Notes under the pieces: model-generated
Database searches by the model: none
Told to the model about the DNA's origin: nothing
Seen by the model: only the letters and a program-made list of their open reading frames with translations
Shown here: positions 52,266-64,000 of the stretch, piece by piece
Layout of the letters: each line of letters begins with the position of its first letter
Numbering within the stretch: position 1 is the stretch's first letter
Made by a program: the position numbers and the translations under genes
Source of the DNA: Laetmonice hystrix
Lineage: Eukaryota
Assembly (NCBI GenBank): GCA_965235115.1
Contig: OZ249436.1
Span: forward strand, 51,090,001 to 51,154,000
Reading direction: 5' to 3'
DNA: 64,000 nt

Positions 52266-52726
52266 GGCCAAATAAAAAAAGTTACTTGTGTAGCGTCCCC
52301 GCCGGGCCTGTGAAATGCCCCCGACCTGGAATTTTTAACTTTTTATTTAAAAAAAACAAAATAAAGTGTAAGAACTGTCAAAACAACGTCTTCCCGCCTA
52401 AGAACAGTGTATAATGCGCTTTGTAAACCCATTATTTTAACCACCTGTGAAATTTAAAATAAGCCTCATGTTTTGAACTGTCGTCTGTGTGGAACATGTG
52501 CACAAGTTTAACTTTCACTTGAACAAAGACTTACATAGAATTTCCATGTTTTCTTCTTCAAATTCTAGCATTGAAGTTTTGACCGTCTGACCATGAATAC
52601 CATGGGTGTCGTCTTCCTACAGCTACGCCGCCACACCATTCATAGAATAAAAAATAAAAATCCCCCCCCCCGACCTGGAAAAATTTGACGAGGCGGACGC
52701 TAAACAAGTAACTATTTTATTTGGCC
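52266..52726. mobile_element. MITE with GGCC termini and TAA TSD (Zator-like)
   Basis: taa|GGCCAAATAAAAAAAGTTACTTGTGTAGCGTCC ... GGACGCTAAACAAGTAACTATTTTATTTGGCC|taa. Empty site gcaTAAtctcac at ~24340-24351. Confidence 0.85.
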
Positions 52727-53316
52727 TAATCTCACAACTGTCTACTCGCAGGACACAATCAATATGAAAAACATTCAGTGACATAAAGTACGTCAGTGGT
52801 GAGGAGGTGAGCCTAAATCCGGTCGATCCGGCTGGTGAGACAATACCTTCGATCCCCGACATGTTTGAGTATCCATGCCTTATCTACACCTGCATTTGAA
52901 TTTTAGTGGCAATTTCAGCGAGCGGGAATTTATGAGAACGCCCCGTGCATCCCTGCATTGTTCTATGTCCACAACATCTATTTTATCACGTTATCACGTT
53001 AACTGATATTGCACTCCGCTTCGCGTCGTGCAATATCAGTTGCCATCGTGCCATAAATTTTCATATTGCACTCAACCAAGTGCCATATTTGTATAATATT
53101 ACGTGCATTTTTTGAAACAGCTAACCCATATGTTTAGTGGGATATCAGTATAGGTTATGAAACCAACTTGGGCCGGATCCAGGGGCTCCACTCTCTTCGA
53201 CAAGTATACCTTGGACCTTTAAAATAATTAGTAGTTTGTATGTCAAGAATTGTTCAAAATTCCGGGCCGCCGGATGCCCTGGCGGTACTGATTGTGCATG
53301 GACTAATGTTTTCTAG

Positions 53317-53385
53317 GTTGGATCGGTCGAGGGCGATGTCAAGCAAAGTACGTCGGCCGTCGATGTCTGCTGTTGTTTTGGTCAG
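53317..53385 (+). pseudogene. Orphan duplicate of BAIAP3 exon 27384-27452
   Basis: [23 protein letters not shown] with tag/gtgagt retained. The following exons are deleted. Confidence 0.9.
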
Positions 53386-53443
53386 GTGAGTCGCTTTGTC
53401 ACGACATTCTTGCACACCTTTCTAAAATCCTGGATCCGCCACT

Positions 53444-54279
53444 GGGTATAATAGGGTCCCATGCTTAAGTCATTGCTGGTAAACACTCGGGTATAGTAGG
53501 GTCCCATGCTTGAGTCATTGCTGGTAAACACTCGGGTATAGTAGGGTCCCATGCTTGAGTCATTGCTGGTAAACACTCGAGTATAATAGGGTCCCATGCT
53601 TGAGTCATTGCTCGTAAACACTCGGGTATAGTAGGGTCCCATGCTTGAGTCATTGCTGGTAAACACTCGGGTATAGTAGGGTCCCATGCTTGAGTCATTG
53701 CTGGTAAACACTCGGGTATAGTAGGGTCCCATGCTTAAGTCATTGCTGGTAAACACTCGGGTATAGTAGGGTCCCATGCTTGAGTCATTGCTGGTAAACA
53801 CTCGGGTATAGTAGGGTCCCATGCTTAAGTCATTGCTGGTAAACACTCGAGTATAATAGGGTCCCATGCTTGAGTCATTGCTCGTAAACACTCGGGTATA
53901 GTAGGGTCCCATGCTTAAGTCATTGCTGGTAAACACTCGAGTATAATAGGGTCCCATGCTTGAGTCATTGCTGGTAAACACTCGGGTATAGTAGGGTCCT
54001 AGCTTGAGTTATTGCTAGTAAACACTCGAGTATAATAGGGTCCCATGCTTGAGTCATTGCTGGTAAACACTCTGGTATAGTAGGGTCCCATGCTTGAGTC
54101 ATTGCTGGTAAACACTCGGGTATAATAGGGTCCCATGCTTGAGTCATTGCTGGTAAACACTCGGGTATAGTAGGGTCCCATGCTTGAGTCATTGCTGGTA
54201 AACACTCTGGTATAGTAGGGTCCCATGCTTGAGTCATTGCTGGTAAACACTCGGGTATAGTAGGGTCCCATGCTTGAAC
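53444..54279. repeat. 45-bp minisatellite, ~18 copies
   Basis: Unit gggtatagtagggtcccatgcttgagtcattgctggtaaacactc. The parental locus 29190-29262 has under 2 copies. Confidence 0.95.
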
Positions 54280-54319
54280 AAGTTTGAAAGTTTAAGTCTT
54301 GCCATGAATATCGGTCAGA

Positions 54320-55009
54320 AACGTTAGTGCCGGAGCTTACCTTTTCTTTTCTTTGACTCGCCTTTTTTTAATATTTTTTTTTTTAATATATTTTTTCGCA
54401 TTCGAGGGAGAATCGAAACGGCAAGCCACTTCAAATCCTGCCAGAATGTCCCGAATGGGCCTCGAATGAGCCGGAATGTACCTCGAATGCATCTCGATTG
54501 CTGCCGGAATCTATACTCGGACATTCGTGTTACATTCTAAGTACATTCGAAATGCATTCTAAGTATTCGAGCTGCATTCTGTTAGAATTTTTGGACGTTC
54601 GAACCATATTCGGCGGCCATTCCGGGAGCGTTCTGACTGCATTTTAGGTGAATTCGTACAGCATTCGAGGCACCTTCCAACCGGACATCGGGCGGTATTC
54701 GGGCAGCAATCGAACCGCACTCGTACGGCATTCGAGGTGCATTCTAAATATTCTGACTGCATTCTAACAATATTCTAAATATTCCTACTGTGTTCCAATT
54801 ACATTCGAGCTAATACACCTGGAATGTACAAGAATCATTTGAGGCGGGTTCGAAGCGCATTCTAAGTATTCGAACGCCATTCTTACAAAGCTGTAAGAAT
54901 TTTGGTCAATTTGAAATTCCCTCCCGAATGTGGCGCGAATTTTGAGAATTCTTCATTCCAGCTGGTTCTGCTTGATTCCTGCTGATTCCGAATAAGTGTG
55001 ACGGGGGTA
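54320..55009. mobile_element. Partial Harbinger-like non-autonomous element
   Basis: Rich in cattcg/cgaatg motifs, ends GTGTGACGGGGGTA|taa, resembling the terminus at 20295-20308. No left TIR seen. Confidence 0.45.
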
Positions 55010-55025
55010 TAAAGGGCAAACGCCT

Positions 55026-55585
55026 AGGCAAACGTGGTAGTTTCTCATAGCAAAAGATGTGATAGTGTACTGTTTTTGGTTTACTTATTGAACAGCAGTG
55101 GACTGATGGCAGTCAGCGTCAGTTTAACGGCAGAATTTTTTTTCGTGGCTTTTATCCTTTTAGGAAAGGAAATTGGCATTGGCTCCTTAAAATTGTTGTT
55201 TTATCTTATTAAGGTTAGTGCTTCTGATGGGCGGACCAAACCAAACTAGCCAATCTGAAGCGCCAAGCGCAAGTTTGAGCAAGAGCTTAAATTATGAAAA
55301 ACCAGGCCCAGACGGAGCGTGAGCTAAGGTCGGCTGTATTGTCCTGCTGATGTGGTTCTACTCACGTTATCTGGATCACTGTCTTGTGCATATATTCAGA
55401 TGTTGAGGTTAAAATTGTCTCACTATGAATAGCTACTCACTTAAATAATATGCTGTTCAGCTGATCATAATCTGCTTATAGGTCTACCTCAGGATCAACA
55501 GCCCATACAAAGGCCGGTAGTCTAGGATATTCGGTAGTGTCATCAAGGGAGCCAACTCTATGGGATACAGGGAGTCGAGGGACTA
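55026..55585 (+). repeat. Duplicate of BAIAP3 3' UTR/flank 37376-37935
   Basis: Near-identical match from taggcaaacgtggtagtttctcatagc to cagggagtcgaggg. Confidence 0.9.
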
Positions 55586-55601
55586 CACCCCCCCCCCCCC
55601 C

Positions 55602-55633
<32 letters not shown>

Positions 55634-55991
55634 AGTCCTTTTGCCAATCTTCGAGCCGTGCATAGATCTACATAACAATTACGGCCCAAGGATACACATG
55701 CGCGCCACCTCACTCATTAGTAGATTATTACACCGGTGACACAGATTAGTGTTTGTATGCCTATAAGATATTATGTAACAAGCATATAGTGATATTTCTG
55801 TAGTTAAACTTAGACCTATGCTGGGTTTGTTTGGGGATATATTATTACCCAAATATTAACCACCAGTTTGACTGGTGTCAGGTGAAAATCTGCTATGGCT
55901 TCTAAAAAGAAGTAGGCCTATTTCGGCAAGCGTTACGTGTCCTCATTACCCATAGGGGGCCTAGGCCTCAGCGCCTTACCCAAGTTCCCGT

Positions 55992-56058
55992 TAGCCTGGT
56001 CCCCAGGTCGCTATTGACATAGCGGATGCGTCTGCATGGTGGGCAGGGGACCAGGCTA
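55992..56058. mobile_element. 67-bp miniature TIR element with 9-bp TSD
   Basis: agttcccgt|TAGCCTGGTCCCC...GGGGACCAGGCTA|agttcccgt. Confidence 0.75.
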
Positions 56059-57699
56059 AGTTCCCGTGCGATATACATGTATATTAACGCTCATTTTTAA
56101 CTGGTTACCCATACGCCCCAGCGCCTTACCAAAGTTCCCATGCGATATCCTATATGAGCGTTCATTTTAGCAAATGGGCACGATCGTGATCGCGACCCCC
56201 CCCCCCCCCCCGCCGCCCACAAGTATATACCAAGAGCCTTTAGGTTCCTCCTGCCCTCCCCGAATTCTACATGTATCCTATTAAATTTATAATCTTTCTT
56301 TATAATAATATTTCAAAGACAAGTACATTTAGGTGTAGGCCTAAACAGAATTTCGTGGAAAACGTAGGCATATAATACACCTGAAGTAACGAGTAATTGT
56401 ACATTTCCTCCATGTTGGCTTTGATGGCAATCCTCACGGCGTCTCCATCGTTAGAACAGTCCTTGAATTAATCGTGAATTGAAATATAGAAATTATATGG
56501 TTAAAATTGGTGCAATTCGATTTCTAAATGAAATAATTTAAATAAATGACGATTCAGATATTATGTTCTTTCGTTCTGGGTCTGCCGCCTTATTCTCTCA
56601 GTAGATGTCGTTCATTTAAACCGTTTTCAGGATGCAAAACTTGGCCGCGATTCCAAGACAACCAGGCAGCCTTGCATCTTTTCTGCTCACTGCCGACTTC
56701 TTTGTACTACTGAAATCAACACGAGGTATATGAGCTTATCTGCCGCCTACCGGATTTAATATTGTAGTCAGGAAATGCACGCGTTTCGACGACCGACTAC
56801 CCTGCCAACAGCTGGATTTGATCCAGGACTTCGTCAGTAGTGTTAATTTGGGGACATCGACTGACCATTTTACAGATGTTTTAATTTTTTTTCAACTTCT
56901 GCAGCCCTTGCTGCAGTGTCTTCATACTACCATTAACTTGCCGGTTTACCGATTGGCCTTCGCTTGACCACGTTTTGAATCTTGACATTCTTTTCTTTTG
57001 CGTTGTTGAGACATTATTGCAATGTCTTTTATACCGACCACCAACTTCACTGGTTTGATTCTTAATGCCGTTTTTCTCCTGGCCTTTCCCTCGGCTACGT
57101 CTTCCTAATCTGTTTAATTTGGTGGCATCGTTTAACTAATCTTTATTATGTTTTGATGATACTGTACAAATAACAAACAGTAAAAAGCCTGTTCAATTCT
57201 TTATTAAAGTAATTTCTTCCCAGACTCAAATGTTAGGCGCCAACCTTCCGCACTAAAAACCAGGGATAAATCCTACTTATATGCATGTAAAACCCTGGAA
57301 AAGCGTAAAGGCAGCTGTAAAATCCAGACAATGGACAGCACAAGTCCGAATAAATGATATTTTGTGGAAAAGGGGTGGCGGTGGGCTTGAACTGTTTCTC
57401 TTCCGAAGGTCTGCGAGACAGCGGACTTGTGTGTTTCCCATCCGACGATAAGGTTGGCGTATATTGCAGCAAGTAGTCATGTGGCCCCTCCCAGTCTTCA
57501 ACACTGCAACTAAAACTACTTGTTTAGTTAATCAATTTAATATATTATCTTTACATCCGTTCGTAAATATTAAATTATCAAAGCAAACATTGGAAACATA
57601 CAAATCACAGCCAAACCTCAACAGCAGTTTCAGTGATTTAATAGGATACCTATACATTTTAATGTAATACTCAGTTTTGTTACTATGGCCTCCTCCTCC

Positions 57700-60600
57700 C
57701 CTCAGTTTAGTGATGTCGTTTTTATATGGACTTCCTTGGTCTTTTTTTCTTTGTTTTACTCGTGTCGTGTTGATATTCATTCTGTAGCACCTGCCACAAA
57801 TTCGGCTTTTAGAGTTATATCTTGTTTGAACGTCATTATTGCTGTTGTGCATTTTATGCCGGTTTTCATTTGTCATTATCTGAACCGTCATATTCACACT
57901 CTGATCACTCCTTCAGATTGTTTTCTGCACGTGTCTGTTCATTCTGCAGAACCTGGCCATTGGGTATCAATACCAAACACATTCATTGCAAGTTTGAGGC
58001 AGCACTGATGCCGGTTTTATAGGTTATATATTGGTGGAACGTCATTATTTCTGTTTTCCTTTTTATACCCGTTTTCATTTTCTCAACTGCCATGATCATT
58101 CATTGTCATATGTACACTCCTACATTGGCTGCATACGACGGAAATAAACACCATTGCTTTTCCATATGTCGCGTTTTACCGAAGGATCAGTTTTCAAGTC
58201 ACTTCTTTAAACTCAGTGTCATCCATCAACGTTTGCCCATTTCATAACATCTGAAGAACCCCAGGACATCAAGCAATTGACACTTTATTAATTGAGACTT
58301 AGCCAACTTAGTTAACTTAGGTTCTACTCGGCTTAAACTAAACCATTAAACATTAAATTATCCAAAAAAAACGACCAAACAACAAAGATCACCCACGTGA
58401 AATAGTGTTTCAATCATCGACAAAATCAACCTTTCACATAATGAAAATACTACCAATGACAATGAAAAGGTTCCCTGTCTCTAAGATATAAGGTAAGCAA
58501 CATAAAAATTAAACCCCACAAATATTGTATTCAAACATGAAGACATTCAAACATTAAGACATTCAAAACATCGGAAACATCAATAGAATCAGGGAAATAA
58601 ATAAAATCAATCGCCCCACCAAAATCATCAAAACAGTCACCCATCAGCGTGTGAAAATATCAACCTCGTGGCGACTCAAATGTAAGTATCATACATGACC
58701 GTTTGCCTGAAGTATCATTCTCCTGAGCATTTTTCATAGTTTGTGTGCATGTACGAATCCACACCTCACTCCATGATTCGATAGGGTACCATATTCACCA
58801 GTTTAGTATTAATGTTGTCTTTCTTAATGAATTTGTCTTTGTTCAACTGTTTTGATATGGATTCTGCTGCACCTGGCTGCTGTGCATTATACCAACCACA
58901 TTCAGCATAAGGTTGTGGCATTACTAATGCCTTTATAGGTTTATATCTTGTTTAAACGTCGTTATTCGTACTGTGCTTTGTCTGAACTGTCATATTCACA
59001 CCCTGCTCTCTCGTTCAGATTTTGCTGCACGAGTCTTCTCGTTTGTTTTTGTTGTTTTTTTTGTTTCTTGTGTTTTTTTTACTCTGTCACTATCTTTGAA
59101 TTTCATTTTCGAAATGGACAGTGACATTGGCTCCATGTGATGGGAACTAAATACCTTCGCTTTTCCATGTTTCGCCAAAGTATTATCGAAGATCAGTTTT
59201 TGAAGTCACTCCTTTAATTAAAGGAGTGACTTCAAAAACTGAACTAATTTAACTAAACTGAACCTAACTTATACATGACTTTAACAACATGAAAACTACA
59301 AAGCAAGAAACGTCAAACATAGAAAACAAAAAACAGACAATATTTCAAACAGAGACACAATCAACTTTCAAATAAAACATGTATATAAAAACAATGAAAT
59401 AATCAACCTCAACCCACTCCATCAACATCCACAGCCCCTACTCTGCTGCAGTAGGCCTACTTGAAAGCAAACCAACATACCTTGCTCAAGAAATGCAATA
59501 TTACATGGCGTTTCAAATTCATTCGAACATAAGCAGCATAAACATTAGCCCCAACAAACATCTTATTCAAACATTAAAGCATTCAAAACATCGGAAACAT
59601 AAATAGAATCAGGGAAATAAATTAAATCAAATGCACACAAATACGTAATCAAACCAATTAAACCCCAGTGTGTGAAAATATCAAACCAGCATAAACATGC
59701 CTAATACATGTGCGACTCGTATACAAGAACACCGTATCACACATTTGACCGTTTGCCTCGAGTAGCATTCTCCTGAGCATTGTTCATCGTTTGGGGAACA
59801 TTCAAAACATCGAAAACATCAATAGAATCGGGGAAATACATAAAAACAATCACCCATCAGCGTGTGAAAATATCAACCTAGTGGCGACTCAAATGTAAGT
59901 CTCATACATGACCGTTTGCCAGGAGTATCATTCTCCTGAGCATTTTTCATAGTTTGTGTCCATCTATATCCGCTTTTTACGAATCCACACCTAACTCCAT
60001 GATTCGATAAGGTACCGTATTCACCAGTTTAGTATTAATGTTGTCTTTCTTAATGAATTTGTCTTTGTTCAACTGTTTTGATATTCATTCTGCAGCACCT
60101 AGCTGCTGTGCATTATACCAACCACATTCAGCATAAGGTTGTGGCATTACTGATGCCTTTATAGGTTATATCTTGTTTAAACGTCGTTATTCGTGTTGTG
60201 CTTTGTCTGAACTGTTATATTCACACCCTGCTCTCTCATTCAGATTTTGCTGCACGAGTTTTCTCGTTTTGTGTTTTTTTTTCTTGTTTTTTTCTACTCT
60301 GTCACTATCTTTGAATTTCATTTTCGAAATGGACAGTGACATTGGCTCCATGTGATGGGAACTAAACCCCTTCGCTTTTCCATGTTTCGCCAAAGTATTA
60401 TCGATGACCAGTTTTTGAAGTCACTCCTTTATACTTAACTAATTTAACTAAACTGAACCTAACTTATACATAACTTCAACAACATGAAAACTACAAAGCA
60501 AGAAACGTCAAACATAGAAGACAAAACACATTAGACAATATTTCAAACATAGACACAATGAAATAATCAACCTCAACCCACTCCATCAACATCCACAGCC

Positions 60601-63600
60601 TCTAATCTGCTGCAGTAGGCCTACTTGAAAGGAAACCAACATACCTTGCTCAAGAAATGCAATATTACATGGCGTTCCAAATTCATTCGAACATAAGCAG
60701 CATAAACAGTAACCACAACCAACATCTTATTCAAACATTAAAGCATTCAAAACATCGGAAACATAAATAGAATCAGGGAAATAAATGAAATCAAATACGT
60801 AATCAAACCCCAGTGTATGAAAATATCAAACCAGCATAAACATGCCTAATACATGTGCGACTCGTATACAAGTACACCGTATCATACATTTGACCGTTTG
60901 CCTGAGTAGCATTCTCCTGAGCATTGTTCATCGTTTGGAGAACTCCGGAGTATGGCTACACCCTTTTTACAATACACTGTCAGTTTAGTATTGATGTCTT
61001 TCTTGGTCATTTTCTTTTTGTGTTTGACTCTACATTTCGTTGTTTTGATATTCATTCTGCAGCCCCTGGCTGCTGTGCATTGTACCAACCACATTCAGTG
61101 CAAGTCTGTGGCATGACTGATGCCGTTATAGGTTATATCTTGTTTAAACGTCGTTATTTGTTTCACGTTTAACCGATACATCAGTACTTTCAAGTCATTT
61201 TATTAAACCCAATTGTCATGTGGCGATTTTTGCCGATTTCATAAACTCTAAAGGAACACAAAAGATCAAAGAATTGACATTTTATTAATTGAGACTTATA
61301 CTTATCTTAAACCAAACTTAACCTAACTTATATGCTTAACTTAAACTAAACCATGGACCTGAACACAATCAACCTTCAACATATGAAAATACTACATCCA
61401 AAAACAGTGAAAGAATCAATCAACAGTGTAGGTAAACGATGCAAGTATCATGCACAGGTCAAACTGCAACCCACTTTACTTGAAAGCAAACACTCATCTC
61501 TTTGAATAATCGTGTCCTCAAGGGCAGCAGGCAGGAAGGTAAGCACTAAGGTGAACAGCAGACATTCAAGCAAGAGGGTATACCGACGGGCAGGCAAGCT
61601 GAAAGACAGGCCAGCAGGCAGACGGACACAGATTACCGATCAGGAAGGCAAACGGGTAGTAAGGCAGACAGACAGGCAGGAAGGAACGATCGCAGACAGG
61701 CAGGCAGTCAAGCAGGCGGTAAGGCAGGCAGGCAGGCGGCCAGGTAGTGAAAGCAGGCACGCAGGAAAGCAGGGGATTGGCCAGGCAGGACGGCACGCAG
61801 ATTGGCACACCTAGGCACACCGCTCCACACACCCACCCACCCACCCAAAACCCCACATTACCACATGTCCACCAGAGTACCCAGCGGACCACCCCCCCAA
61901 CCAGACAACCCGCCCAACCGGCCACCCATCTGACCCCACACCCACCCTGAAACCCATCGATCCACCCGACAAACCCGAAAACCGACCCGAAAAGCAACCC
62001 ATCCGACCGTCCGACCAACCATTTAACTCACCAGCATCCATCTTTTCTACACCTCCTACTGAATGGACAACCGGCATCTTATAACCTGAAAAAAACATGA
62101 ACTCAAAACAACCATCAATATGTGGAAATATATACAAAATCGTATGCATTTGATCAAGGTACCATACATAACATAAGAGCAAGCACACAGAACGTTTTAA
62201 ACATCATTAAAACTCATCTATCAGGATATGAACACATGTCTAATACAGTCATACAAGTATCAAACAAGGTATTGAAACTAAAACAACAATAAACTCAGCA
62301 TGAGAAAATATCAAATCAACATGGTCATACACAGTAATTGATGCAAGTATCATACAAGATTATTAAACTTAAAAAAATATATCATAACATTAAAACAAGC
62401 AATAATAAACATACAACGAAATAAAATCAATTGGCCTATATAAGAAACGACATGCAATTCGTTTAGACCGGTTTAATACTTATCACCCTGTCAACAGTCA
62501 TGTTTGGAACAAAATCTCATTCTTTTGCGACAGTTGTGGAAGACACTTCTTTTCCTACCCCAAGTCAGTTTAGTGTTTATGTTGTCTTTCTTTCGGCGTT
62601 TGACTCTTTACATTTTGTTGTTTTGATATTCATTCTGCAGCACCTAGCTGCTGTGCATTATACCAACCACATTCAGCATAAGATTGTGGCATTACTGATG
62701 CCTTTATAGGTTATATCTTGTTTAAACGTCGTTATTCGTGTTGTGCTTTGTCTGAACTGTTATATTCACACCCTGCTCTCTCATTCAGATTTTGCTGCAC
62801 GAGTTTTCTCGTTTTGTGTTTTTTTTTCTTGTTTTTTTTTCTACTCTGTCACTATCTTTGAATTTCATTTTCGAAATGGACAGTGACATTGGCTCCATGT
62901 GATGGGAACTAAACCCCTTCGCTTTTCCATGTTTCGCCAAAGTATTATCGATGACCAGTTTTTGAAGTCACTCCTTTATACTTAACTAATTTAACTAAAC
63001 TGAACCTAACTTATACATAACTTCAACAACATGAAAACTACAAAGCAAGAAACGTCAAACATAGAAGACAAAACACATTAGACAATATTTCAAACATAGA
63101 CACAATGAAATAATCAACCTCAACCCACTCCATCAACATCCACAGCCTCTAATCTGCTGCAGTAGGCCTACTTGAAAGGAAACCAACATACCTTGCTCAA
63201 GAAATGCAATATTACATGGCGTTTCAAATTCATTCAAACATAAGCAGCATAAACAGTAACCACAACCAACATCTTATTCAAACATTAAAGCATTCAAAAC
63301 ATCGGAAACATAAATAGAATCAGGGAAATAAATGAAATCAAATACGTAATCAAACCCCAGTGTATGAAAATATCAAACCAGCATAAACATGCCTAATACA
63401 TGTGCGACTCGTATACAAGTACACCGTATCATACATTTGACCGTTTGCCTGAGTAGCATTCTCCTGAGCATTGTACATCGTTTGGAGAACTCCGGAGTAT
63501 GGCTACACCCTTTTTACAATACACTGTCAGTTTAGTATTGATGTCTTTCTTGGTCATTTTCTTTTTGTGTTTGACTCTACATTTCGTTGTTTTGATATTC

Positions 63601-64000
63601 ATTCTGCAGCCCCTGGCTGCTGTGCATTGTACCAACCACATTCAGTGCAAGTCTGTGGCATGACTGATGCCGTTATAGGTTATATCTTGTTTAAACGTCG
63701 TTATTTGTTTCACGTTTAACCGATACATCAGTACTTTCAAGTCATTTTATTAAACCCAATTGTCATGTGGCGATTTTTGCCGATTTCATAAACTCTAAAG
63801 GAACACAAAAGATCAAAGAATTGACATTTTATTAATTGAGACTTATACTTATCTTAAACCAAACTTAACCTAACTTATATGCTTAACTTAAACTAAACCA
63901 TGGACCTGAACACAATCAACCTTCAACATATGAAAATACTACATCCAAAAACAGTGAAAGAATCAATCAACAGTGTAGGTAAACGATGCAAGTATCATGC
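57700..64000. repeat. Complex kb-scale tandem/higher-order repeat
   Basis: ~60080-61453 recurs almost exactly at +2547 (62627-64000). 58640-59790 resembles 59855-60935. Core motif attcattctgcagcacct...ttataggttatatcttgtttaaacgtcgttatt occurs about 7 times. Confidence 0.9.

Noticed and set aside
53382..54271. 15-aa repeat ORFs
   Set aside because: Translations of the 45-bp minisatellite.
41324..55585. UGT copies as pure assembly or haplotype artefact
   Set aside because: Three distinct versions with copy-specific deletions and transposon insertions fit real duplication better, though read-level confirmation is still needed.
61512..62188. Several 67-150 aa ORFs
   Set aside because: Low-complexity sequence without splice or domain support.

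Overview
Repeat-rich animal (probably invertebrate) genomic DNA. The + strand carries the 3' portion of a BAIAP3/Munc13-4-family gene (C2A-MUN-C2B). I traced 26 GT-AG exons from 3304 to the stop at 35403, 3117 nt in one frame, and the 5' end lies upstream of the window. An intronless, ER-type UDP-glycosyltransferase (UGT) gene is nested antisense in one intron (20609-22174). The UGT-containing segment was then triplicated in tandem, leaving two more intact UGTs (41770-43347, 49658-51223) surrounded by decaying fragments of host exons and 3' flank. All three UGTs have Tyr where the catalytic His is expected, they differ mainly at predicted substrate-contact loops, and copy 2 has switched start codon. 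One BAIAP3 intron (29851-31441) is filled by an AC-rich array followed by a partly complementary GT-rich array and lacks a polypyrimidine tract. Another intron carries about 13 tandem copies of its own splice donor. There are many non-autonomous DNA transposons, three confirmed by empty paralogous sites, several minisatellites and a complex kb-scale repeat at the right end. All calls come from reading the sequence by eye; no searches were run.
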